The notes under the pieces are model-generated. The model was not told the origin of the DNA. It was given only the letters and a program-made list of their open reading frames with translations, and ran no database searches. From Limisphaerales bacterium (GTDB lineage Bacteria > Verrucomicrobiota > Verrucomicrobiia > Limisphaerales > UBA1100): a stretch of 52,080 nt of DNA. Below, one piece after another: positions 22,568 to 30,417 of the stretch. The DNA is taken from assembly GCA_965659445.1 (NCBI GenBank), contig CBFHWX010000004.1, forward strand, positions 1-52,080. Reading direction: 5' to 3'. Position 1 is the stretch's first letter; each line of letters opens with the position of its first letter. The position numbers and the translations under genes were made by a program.

Positions 22568-23299
22568 GTGGCAAACGAAGAAGATCAAAAAAATAAGAAC
22601 GCTGCTTCCGCAGAAGAGAACGTAGAAGCTGCTCCGGCTGTAGAAGCTGCTCCGGCTGAAGAGGCTGCTCCGGCTGAAGAGGCTGCTCCGGCTGAAGAGG
22701 CTGCTCCGGCTGAAGAGGCTGCTCCGGTTGCTCAGCCCAGTCAAACTGGGAACAATCCTGGAGGTGGTAATCGCCGTGGAGGTGGTAATCGCCGTGGAGG
22801 TGGTAATCGCAGGGGACCGCGTGGTCCTCAGCAGGAAAGCGACGGACTTACAGAGAAAGTGATTTTTATCAATCGCTCCACCAAGGTGGTGAAAGGCGGT
22901 CGGCGGTTTGGCTTTAGTGCGCTCGTTGTGGTTGGTGATAAGGAGGGTAAAGTCGGTCTTGGCGTGGGTAAGGCGCGGGAAGTCATCACCTCCATCCACA
23001 AGGGCAATGAAGAAGCTCGTCGTCAGATGGTGTCGGTTTCCCTGAAGGGCGCAACATTGCCGCATGAAGTATTCTCCATTTATGATGGCGCGCGCGTGTT
23101 GCTCCGTCCGGCTTCTCCCGGCACGGGAATCATTGCCGGTAAAACTGTGCGTGCTGTACTCGAGAGTGCCGGTGTGCGTGATGTTCTGAGCAAGTCGCTG
23201 GGTTCGAATAACCCCACCAACGTGGCCAAGGCTGCCCTGCAGGGACTGCGGCAGTTGCGTCGCCGCGAGGATGTTATGGCAGCGCGCGACAAAAACTAG
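22568..23299 (+). CDS. rpsE: 30S ribosomal protein S5 with long low-complexity N-terminal extension
   Basis: KVVKGGRRFGFSALVVVGD, PASPGTGIIAG, KSLGSNNP; GTG start preceded by GAAGGA. Confidence 0.97.
   Translation: MANEEDQKNKNAASAEENVEAAPAVEAAPAEEAAPAEEAAPAEEAAPAEEAAPVAQPSQTGNNPGGGNRRGGGNRRGGGNRRGPRGPQQESDGLTEKVIFINRSTKVVKGGRRFGFSALVVVGDKEGKVGLGVGKAREVITSIHKGNEEARRQMVSVSLKGATLPHEVFSIYDGARVLLRPASPGTGIIAGKTVRAVLESAGVRDVLSKSLGSNNPTNVAKAALQGLRQLRRREDVMAARDKN
22622..22729 (+). repeat. 18-bp coding tandem repeat x6 ((V/E)EAAPA) in rpsE
   Basis: GTAGAAGCTGCTCCGGCT x2 then GAAGAGGCTGCTCCGG(C/T)T x4. Confidence 0.95.
22760..22813 (+). repeat. 18-bp coding tandem repeat x3 (GGGNRR) in rpsE
   Basis: GGAGGTGGTAATCGCCGT x2 plus GGAGGTGGTAATCGCAGG. 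Confidence 0.95.
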
Positions 23300-23320
23300 A
23301 CAAACAACCGAGGATTTTCC

Positions 23321-23959
23321 ATGCGTTTACATGACTTGAAACCAAATCCCGGAGCCAAAACCCGTCGCAAGCGCGTGGGTCGTGGACCCGGCAGCGGCCG
23401 AGGCAAGACCAGCACTCGCGGACATAAGGGCCAGAAATCCCGTGCTGGCAGCAGCACTAGGGCAACTTTTGAAGGTGGTCAAATTCCATACATTCGTCGA
23501 TTGCCCAAGCGCGGTTTCAGTAACGCCCGTACGCGAGATGCCTATTTACCTGTGAATCTTTCGGACTTGGAGAAGCATTTTGATGAGGGGGCTACTGTAG
23601 ATGTGGAGGCCATTAAGGCAGCTGGACTAGCCAATGGCCATGATCCCATCAAGGTGTTGGCCAAGGGTAAACTGGAAAAAAAACTTTCTATTACCGCACA
23701 TAAGTTCAGCGCTACGGCCAAGGCTGCCATCGAAGCGGCGGGCGGTTCCTGCACGGCCTTGAATGTTGGTTCGGTTACAGATGCTCCTAAGGCGTCGGAA
23801 TCTAAGAAAAAGAAAGCTTCGAACACGATAAAAGAAGCCGATAAGGCCGAAGAGGTGCCGGCAGTAGATGACTCCGAAGTGCCGGTCCCCAAGGAAGTGG
23901 AAGCTCCGACCTCGGAGGAGGATAAAGATGCTGCCGAAGAAACTCCGGCTGAAGAGTAG
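23321..23959 (+). CDS. rplO: 50S ribosomal protein L15 with acidic C-terminal tail
   Basis: RVGRGPGSGRGKT, FEGGQ.P..RRLPKRGF, IEAAGG. Confidence 0.98.
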   Translation: MRLHDLKPNPGAKTRRKRVGRGPGSGRGKTSTRGHKGQKSRAGSSTRATFEGGQIPYIRRLPKRGFSNARTRDAYLPVNLSDLEKHFDEGATVDVEAIKAAGLANGHDPIKVLAKGKLEKKLSITAHKFSATAKAAIEAAGGSCTALNVGSVTDAPKASESKKKKASNTIKEADKAEEVPAVDDSEVPVPKEVEAPTSEEDKDAAEETPAEE

Positions 23960-23968
23960 TCCTGATTC

Positions 23969-25387
23969 ATGTTCAGCCAGTATTTCCAGACCCTTCAAAA
24001 TTGTTTTAAGGTAAGCGAGCTCCGGAGTCGGATCTTTTTTACCCTGAGTCTGCTGGTGGTTTGCCGTTTGGTTTCGTTGGTTCCCCTTCCGGGTTTGGAT
24101 GGCGCTGCCTTGGCTGAATTTTTCACTAATCTTCGTGAAAATCAGGATAGTGGGAGCGGCAATTCGTTGCTCAACATGTATAGTATGTTTACTGGAGGTG
24201 CGCTCGAACGGTGCGCGGTGGGCTCCTTGGGCATCATGCCCTATATCAGTGCTACGATTATCCTTCAGCTGATGACGGCGGTGGTTCCTTCTCTCAGCAA
24301 ATTGGCACGTGAAGAGGGAGGTCGCACGCAGATTATAAAGTATGGGCGTTACCTCACCGTACTCCTTTGCTTGGGCCAAGGTCTAGTGATGAGCATGGGA
24401 TGGGAAAATCCAGAGCGAATCCCCGGCTTTAACAATGAATTTTGGGAAACCCATACACTCGTGGCGGATCCCGGCTGGTGGTATATGCTTCGCACGACCT
24501 TGCTGCTTACCACCGGCACAGTATTGTTGATGTGGTTGGGCGAACAAATCTCTGAGCGAGGGATTGGTAACGGTATTTCTTTGGTGATCACCGTGGGCAT
24601 CATTGCTCGGGTGGATATGGCCGTGATGGGCATGTGGGAAATGTTTTTCCCGGAACCGCCAGCGGATGGTGAGCATGCATTTAAAGCCTTGATTTTATTG
24701 TCCTTGTTGCTGGCCGTGGTTGGGGTGGTTATTGCGGTGACGCAGGCCATGCGAAAAATTCCTGTGCAATACGCTCAAAGAAATGTGGGACGCAAAATGT
24801 ATCAGGGAGGTTCCACCTACTTCCCGCTTAAGGTGAACTATGCGGGCGTGATGCCGATCATTTTTGCACAGGCGATTCTGATGTTTCCGGCTCAAATTTT
24901 TGGTACTTTGGGTGGTATTATTCAAGGGCGCGGCATGACAGGGATGGGAGAATTCTTCATTAATATGGGAGATCACCTTGCTTATGGCTCTATGTGGAAC
25001 CTATTAATGCAGGCATTGATGATACTATTTTTCTCCTATTTCTGGGTGGCAACTCAATTTAATGAGACTCAGATATCCGATGATCTCAAGAAGGCTGGGG
25101 GTTACATCCCCGGTATACGTCCAGGCAATGCCACGCGTGATTTTTTGCATCATGCCATGAGCCGGCTCACTTTGGCAGGCGCCATGTTCTTGGTGATTAT
25201 AGCGGTGATTCCTACAGTGATGGCGGTGAATTTTGAAATACCCTTCGCTGTGGCTCAGTTCTTTGGGGGTACGAGTTTGCTGATTATGGTGGGTGTGATG
25301 CTCGACACGATGCGCCAGATAGAAAGTCATTTGGCGCAGCATCACTATGACGGGTTTTTAAAGACCGGGAAGATGCGTGGACGATAA
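23969..25387 (+). CDS. secY: Preprotein translocase SecY
   Basis: LGIMPYISATII, GIGNGISL, IPGIRPG, GGTSLLI. Confidence 0.99.
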   Translation: MFSQYFQTLQNCFKVSELRSRIFFTLSLLVVCRLVSLVPLPGLDGAALAEFFTNLRENQDSGSGNSLLNMYSMFTGGALERCAVGSLGIMPYISATIILQLMTAVVPSLSKLAREEGGRTQIIKYGRYLTVLLCLGQGLVMSMGWENPERIPGFNNEFWETHTLVADPGWWYMLRTTLLLTTGTVLLMWLGEQISERGIGNGISLVITVGIIARVDMAVMGMWEMFFPEPPADGEHAFKALILLSLLLAVVGVVIAVTQAMRKIPVQYAQRNVGRKMYQGGSTYFPLKVNYAGVMPIIFAQAILMFPAQIFGTLGGIIQGRGMTGMGEFFINMGDHLAYGSMWNLLMQALMILFFSYFWVATQFNETQISDDLKKAGGYIPGIRPGNATRDFLHHAMSRLTLAGAMFLVIIAVIPTVMAVNFEIPFAVAQFFGGTSLLIMVGVMLDTMRQIESHLAQHHYDGFLKTGKMRGR

Positions 25388-25402
25388 TAGCCGGCCGCGC
25401 TG

Positions 25403-26191
25403 ATGATCCCAATTAAGGACAAGAAACAGTTGATGGCCATGAGGGAAGCCGGCCGAGTGGCGGCCACCGTGCTGAAAGAAACGGCCGACTGGGTGAGGGC
25501 GGGTGTGACAACCCGCGAGATTGATGAATTTGCAGCAATGCGCATCCGGCATCATGGGGCGCAGAGCGCGTTCCTCGGATATGAGGTGTCAGGGAGAAAA
25601 TATCCCTGCAACATCTGCATCTCGATGAACGAGGAAGTGGTGCATGGCTTGGCGGGCAAGCGCAAGGTTGTTGAGAGTGATATTGTGAGCCTCGATGTGG
25701 GAGTTCGAGTCGATGGCTTTATCGGTGATAATGCGTGCACGGTCGTTGTCGGACAATGTCCTGATGAGACGCAGAAATTGATTGAAGTAACTCGGGAAGC
25801 TCTATACGATGGAATTTCCCGCGCGTTACCCGGAAACCGGGTGGCTGATATCTCGGCTGCAGTGCAGAACCGAGTGGAAGCTAATGGGTTTAGTATCGTG
25901 CGTGAGTTTGTTGGCCACGGGGTTGGAGAAACGGTTCATGAAGAACCGCAGATTCCAAACTTTGTGAGTGGTGCCAACACGCCGGAATTGAGGCCGGGTA
26001 TGACCTTGGCTATTGAGCCTATGGTAAATGCCGGCACAGCGAAGGTAAAGTTCCAGCCAGATGGCTGGACAGTGGTGGCACGGGACGGTCGTCCCTCGGC
26101 GCATTGGGAACACACCATTGCGGTGACCGAGGGAGAACCTGAAATTTTGACATGCCCGGGACCGAACCCATCCGAGTCGGGGGGCGAGTAA
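25403..26191 (+). CDS. map: Methionine aminopeptidase type I
   Basis: CISMNEEVVHG, GHGVG..HEEP, IEPM, HWEHT metal ligands. Confidence 0.98.
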   Translation: MIPIKDKKQLMAMREAGRVAATVLKETADWVRAGVTTREIDEFAAMRIRHHGAQSAFLGYEVSGRKYPCNICISMNEEVVHGLAGKRKVVESDIVSLDVGVRVDGFIGDNACTVVVGQCPDETQKLIEVTREALYDGISRALPGNRVADISAAVQNRVEANGFSIVREFVGHGVGETVHEEPQIPNFVSGANTPELRPGMTLAIEPMVNAGTAKVKFQPDGWTVVARDGRPSAHWEHTIAVTEGEPEILTCPGPNPSESGGE

Positions 26192-26385
26192 TCGAGGTGC
26201 TCTCGCATCGATTGGTGCGAGTTGAGCTCGAGAATGGCCACCGGTTGATGGGTCATACGACGAGGGCCACGAGCGAGTTGCTTGAGGGCGCGGAGTTGGG
26301 CGAGAAAGTAGTGCTCGAAGTGGGCACGTATGACCTTTCCAAGGGAAGGGTTGTGAAACGAAACGAGAAAAACAAGAACGAGTAA
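26152..26385 (+). CDS. infA: Divergent translation initiation factor IF-1-like protein
   Basis: G.VIEVL...RVELENGH and YDLSKGRV motifs; canonical map-infA-rpmJ position; central basic segment not conserved. Confidence 0.8.
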   Translation: MPGTEPIRVGGRVIEVLSHRLVRVELENGHRLMGHTTRATSELLEGAELGEKVVLEVGTYDLSKGRVVKRNEKNKNE

Positions 26386-26386
26386 A

Positions 26387-26500
26387 ATGAAGGTACGCGC
26401 CTCAGTGAAAAGGTTGTGTGAGCACTGCCGGGTTATCCGCCGGAAGGGCGTCGTTCGTGTCATTTGCAAAAACAAGCGTCACAAGCAGCGACAAGGTTAA
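26387..26500 (+). CDS. rpmJ: 50S ribosomal protein L36 (zinc-binding type), missed by ORF track
   Basis: Manual translation [37 protein letters not shown]. Confidence 0.99.
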   Translation: MKVRASVKRLCEHCRVIRRKGVVRVICKNKRHKQRQG

Positions 26501-26504
26501 TTTT

Positions 26505-26918
26505 ATGCCCCGCATTTTAGGAATCGACATCCCCGGCAACAAGCGCATCGACATTGCGCTGCGGTCCATTTACGGCATCGGCCCCGCCATCTCTGATGCG
26601 GTTCTGTCCAACGCCAAGATTGACCCGGCAACTCGTGCCCACACTTTAGGTGAAGATGAGTTGGCTACCATCGCCAAGGCCATCCAGTCTACTACTGTAC
26701 GCCCCGAGCAAACGCGCACCGAAAACGGTACCATCCTGGTGGAAGGCGATTTGCGCCGGAAGGTCACCGAGGACCTCAAACGCCTCAAGAGCATCAAGGC
26801 CTATCGTGGAATGCGCCATGCCCGCGGCTTGCCGGTGCGCGGTCAACGTACTCAAACCAATGCCCGCACTCGCAAGGGAGCCAAGAAGACCGTCGGCGCG
26901 CAAAGTAAGAAGGACTAA
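26505..26918 (+). CDS. rpsM: 30S ribosomal protein S13
   Basis: MPRILGIDIP start, IYGIG, VEGDLRR, LPVRGQRTQTNARTRKG. Confidence 0.99.
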   Translation: MPRILGIDIPGNKRIDIALRSIYGIGPAISDAVLSNAKIDPATRAHTLGEDELATIAKAIQSTTVRPEQTRTENGTILVEGDLRRKVTEDLKRLKSIKAYRGMRHARGLPVRGQRTQTNARTRKGAKKTVGAQSKKD

Positions 26919-26929
26919 TTTTTTAGATT

Positions 26930-27640
26930 ATGGCTGAAGAAAAACAAGACTCTGCATCCGAGCAACCCCCTGCCAAGGAAGAAGCCAAGGCAAAAGAGGC
27001 TGCTCCTGCCAAGGAAGAAGCCAAGGCAAAAGAGGCTGCTCCTGCCAAGGAAGAAGCCAAGGCAAAAGAGGCTGCTCCAGCTGAGAAAGAATCCAGTTCA
27101 AAAGCCAAAGCTCCTGCCAAGAAAGAGTCCAAAGCGGAGGCTTCTTCCAATAAACAATCCGAGGCAGAAGCTCAGGGCGATTCTGAGGCGGGACCAGAAG
27201 CTGAAAAGAAATCATCCGCCGCACCCACTGCGGCCGAGCTGTTGGCGGACGATCTGGGCGAGGCCAAGGTCATCAAGGCAAAGAAGTCCAAGAATGTTGT
27301 CCATGGTATCGTTCATATTCAGGCCACTTTTAATAACACGCTTGTGACCATAACCGATATGCAAGGTAACCCGATCAGTTGGTATAGCGGCGGGCGCGCT
27401 GGCTTTAAGGGGTCTCGCAAAAGCACTTCTTATGCCGCCACGCAGGTGGCACAACGCGCCGCACGCGAAGCGATGGCACATGGACTCAAAGAAGTGGAAG
27501 TGCGCATCAAAGGCCCTGGTTCCGGTCGTGAATCTGCCATCCGCGGTTTGCAGGCGGTGGGTCTGGACATTACCACCATTAAGGATGTGACTCCGGTGCC
27601 TCATAACGGTTGTCGCCCGAAGAAAAGGCGTCGCGTTTAA
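26930..27640 (+). CDS. rpsK: 30S ribosomal protein S11 with long N-terminal extension
   Basis: [41 protein letters not shown]. Confidence 0.97.
   Translation: MAEEKQDSASEQPPAKEEAKAKEAAPAKEEAKAKEAAPAKEEAKAKEAAPAEKESSSKAKAPAKKESKAEASSNKQSEAEAQGDSEAGPEAEKKSSAAPTAAELLADDLGEAKVIKAKKSKNVVHGIVHIQATFNNTLVTITDMQGNPISWYSGGRAGFKGSRKSTSYAATQVAQRAAREAMAHGLKEVEVRIKGPGSGRESAIRGLQAVGLDITTIKDVTPVPHNGCRPKKRRRV
26969..27076 (+). repeat. 36-bp coding tandem repeat x3 ([12 protein letters not shown]) in rpsK
   Basis: CCTGCCAAGGAAGAAGCCAAGGCAAAAGAGGCTGCT three times, identical. Confidence 0.95.
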
Positions 27641-27660
27641 CCCTAAAATTTTTATCAACC

Positions 27661-28269
27661 ATGGCACGCTATACTGGTCCTCGTCTCCGCATTAGTCGTC
27701 GTTTTCACACGGCGATCTTTGGCCCGTCGAAATACCTTGATCGGAAGGACTATCCGCCGGGACAGCATGGTCAAAGTCGCCGCCGCAAGGCTACTGACTA
27801 TGCGATGGCACTCGCGGAGAAGCAGAAGATGCGTTACTATTACGGATTGATGGAGAAGCAGTTCCGCGGTGTCTATGAAAAAGCCAATCGTCGACGGGGA
27901 GTCACCGGCGAGATCATGCTGCAAATGCTGGAGACACGTTTGGACAGTGTGGTTTTCAGCCTCGGCTTCGGATACACACGCGCTCAAGCTCGCCAAATGG
28001 TTACCCATGGACATGTGCTGGTAAACGGTAAACGCGCTCGGACTCCCTCCATTGCTCTCAACGAAAATGATACAGTGGAGATTAAGGTCGTCGAGAAGAG
28101 TCGCCATTTGGCTGACAAAAATCTTGAGTATTCCACCAGTCGCATCGTGCCGGAATGGCTGGAATTGGATAAGAGCGCGTATAAAGGCACGGTCAAACGG
28201 ATGCCGACGCGTGATGATGTTGAGCCGATAGCCAACGAGCAGGCAATTGTTGAATTTTATTCCCGCTAA
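27661..28269 (+). CDS. rpsD: 30S ribosomal protein S4 (zinc-independent type)
   Basis: MARYTGP start, PPGQHG, LETRLD, ARQMVTHGH, IVEFYSR. Confidence 0.99.
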   Translation: MARYTGPRLRISRRFHTAIFGPSKYLDRKDYPPGQHGQSRRRKATDYAMALAEKQKMRYYYGLMEKQFRGVYEKANRRRGVTGEIMLQMLETRLDSVVFSLGFGYTRAQARQMVTHGHVLVNGKRARTPSIALNENDTVEIKVVEKSRHLADKNLEYSTSRIVPEWLELDKSAYKGTVKRMPTRDDVEPIANEQAIVEFYSR

Positions 28270-28371
28270 TCTCTGGCCCGAGTGGGCCACGGAACTGCAA
28301 TTATATGGACCGCAAACGCGGCGGGGATTGAGTTGGCGGTCAGGTTAAAATTGCAAACAAAGTAAAATATT

Positions 28372-29469
28372 ATGCCAAAACGATTAGGAGCATTCGAAAA
28401 GCCAAACCGGCTGAAGAAAGAAGAAGACACGGCAACGGACACCTATGCCAAATTTGTGGCGGAACCATTTGAAATTGGTTACGGTCACACTATCGGCAAT
28501 TCCATGCGTCGAGTACTAATGTCCTCACTCGAAGGTGCGGCCATTACCTCGCTAAAGGTGGATGGTGCCCATCATGAATTCGCCACTATAGAAGATGTGG
28601 TTGAGGACATGGCTGAGATTATTCTCAATCTGAAGCTAGTGAAGTTCAAAATACACGAAACTCGAGACCCACAGGTACTCCTGCTATCGGTGAATAAGTC
28701 GGGGGCTGTGACTGCGGGAGATATTGAACTCAATCACAATACTGAACTGGTGAATCCGGACCAGCACATCTGTACACTGGACAAAAAGAAAAAATTTCTA
28801 ATGGAGCTTACGGTGGAAACGGGGCGCGGTTTCCGTACCGGTGATGACAATAAAACACCAGATCAGCCGATTGGCGTGATTGCCATTGATTCCATGTTTT
28901 CACCCGTCATACGAGTGCGCTACAACGTAAATAACGCACGTGTTGGCCAACGGACTGACTATGACAGCCTCGCCCTCGAAGTGTGGACCGACGGTCGCAT
29001 GACTCCGGATGACGCCCTCACGCAGGCCAGTGCGATCCTGCAACATCACCTCGAGGTGTTTGTGGGTTACGACAAGGATGCCATTGAATTTGAGGAGGAA
29101 GTAGTTAACCAGACAGAACAACAATCCGAACTCAAACGAATGCTTGCTATGAGCGTGAACGAAATTGAGCTCAGTGTCCGTGCAGCAAATTGCCTGAACA
29201 ATGCCAACATCACCACCGTTGGCCAACTCGCGACAAAGACCGAGGCGGATATGCTGAAGTACCGTAATTTTGGCAAGAAGTCTCTTAACGAAATTAAGGA
29301 CAAACTCGTGGAATTGGGCCTTGGTCTCGGAATGACCTTCGACGAGGACGTGCTCGATCCATCAGTCCTTGCTGGCCAGCCCAACAGCTCAGGTGGTTCA
29401 CCTAGTCTCCTGTTTGACGATGACGACGCCACCAGTCCGATCAATCCCGCTTCGGCATTATTCGACTAG
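28372..29469 (+). CDS. rpoA: RNA polymerase alpha subunit
   Basis: GYGHTIGNSMRRVL, RVGQRTDYD, ELSVRAANCL, RNFGKKSL. Confidence 0.99.
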   Translation: MPKRLGAFEKPNRLKKEEDTATDTYAKFVAEPFEIGYGHTIGNSMRRVLMSSLEGAAITSLKVDGAHHEFATIEDVVEDMAEIILNLKLVKFKIHETRDPQVLLLSVNKSGAVTAGDIELNHNTELVNPDQHICTLDKKKKFLMELTVETGRGFRTGDDNKTPDQPIGVIAIDSMFSPVIRVRYNVNNARVGQRTDYDSLALEVWTDGRMTPDDALTQASAILQHHLEVFVGYDKDAIEFEEEVVNQTEQQSELKRMLAMSVNEIELSVRAANCLNNANITTVGQLATKTEADMLKYRNFGKKSLNEIKDKLVELGLGLGMTFDEDVLDPSVLAGQPNSSGGSPSLLFDDDDATSPINPASALFD

Positions 29470-29487
29470 ATTTATCCCACAAGCATT

Positions 29488-30315
29488 ATGCGCCATCGTC
29501 ATCGCAAAGCCAAGCTGGGCCGCACCACGGAGCATCGCACCGCGTTGCTTTCCAATCTCGTGTGTAGCCTGATTAAACATCGCCGTATCGAGACCACCCT
29601 GGCTAAAGCCAAGGCAGCTCGAGTCGTGGCAGATAAGATGGTCACACTTAGCAAGAAGGGCCAGACCGAGGAGGGTAGCCTGCAATATCGTAGGCTTGTT
29701 GGTGCTCGTTTACAACGCGGTCCTCGCCGGTTTTTTGCTAAGAAGAATGGTGTGCCCGGTCGTGAGCAACGCAAACGCTGGCGCGAAAACGAGGATGTGG
29801 TGCGCATTCTTTTTGAAGATATTGCCCCTGGATTCGCCGAGAGAAACGGTGGATACACCCGTGTGATTAAGCTGGGAAGACGTAGGGGGGATGCTGCGGA
29901 GATGGCGATCCTAGAATGGGTGAGCGATGGCGATAAACCAGTTGCCGAAGACCAGCCCGCCAAGGCCAAAAAGAAATCCGAAACCGAGGGAACTACCGAG
30001 GAAGGAACGGAAACCGAAGAATTGGCTACTGAAGAGTCTTCAGAGAAAGAGGCTGAAAAAGAATCCACTTCGGAAACCGACACAGAAGAGCCTGCAGTGG
30101 ACGAGTCATCTGGTGAGGCTGAAGAAAAGGCAGCAAAGGACGCGGTTGAAAAAGAGCCGACTAAGGAAATTGAAGAAGAACCTGCGGCGAAAGCTGAAGA
30201 AAAGTCTGATTCGGAAGCTGAGGTAGAAGAAGAGCCTGCTGAAGTAGAAGATGCTTCAGAGGAATCTGCCGAGAAAGAAACTAAGTCTGAGGATGAAAAG
30301 AAAAAGAGTGATTAG
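29488..30315 (+). CDS. rplQ: 50S ribosomal protein L17 with internal insertion and about 130-aa acidic tail
   Basis: MRHR, IETTLAKAK, RNGGYTRVIKLG.RRGDAAEMA. Confidence 0.97.
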   Translation: MRHRHRKAKLGRTTEHRTALLSNLVCSLIKHRRIETTLAKAKAARVVADKMVTLSKKGQTEEGSLQYRRLVGARLQRGPRRFFAKKNGVPGREQRKRWRENEDVVRILFEDIAPGFAERNGGYTRVIKLGRRRGDAAEMAILEWVSDGDKPVAEDQPAKAKKKSETEGTTEEGTETEELATEESSEKEAEKESTSETDTEEPAVDESSGEAEEKAAKDAVEKEPTKEIEEEPAAKAEEKSDSEAEVEEEPAEVEDASEESAEKETKSEDEKKKSD

Positions 30316-30335
30316 TTCTTATCCAAGTAAATTTC

Positions 30336-30369
30336 AACCCACCTCGCTTATTGCCAGGTGGGTTTTTTT
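30336..30369 (+). terminator. Intrinsic terminator closing the ribosomal supercluster
   Basis: AACCCACCT / AGGTGGGTT stem followed by a T7 tract. Confidence 0.9.
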
Positions 30370-30417
30370 GTTGGGCCGATCTGATAAATCGGTATCATAC
30401 AGCTAAGCTTCAGCGTT

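Noticed and set aside
22622-22813. Short tandem repeats resembling a CRISPR array
   Set aside because: No unique spacers, in-frame coding, no cas genes
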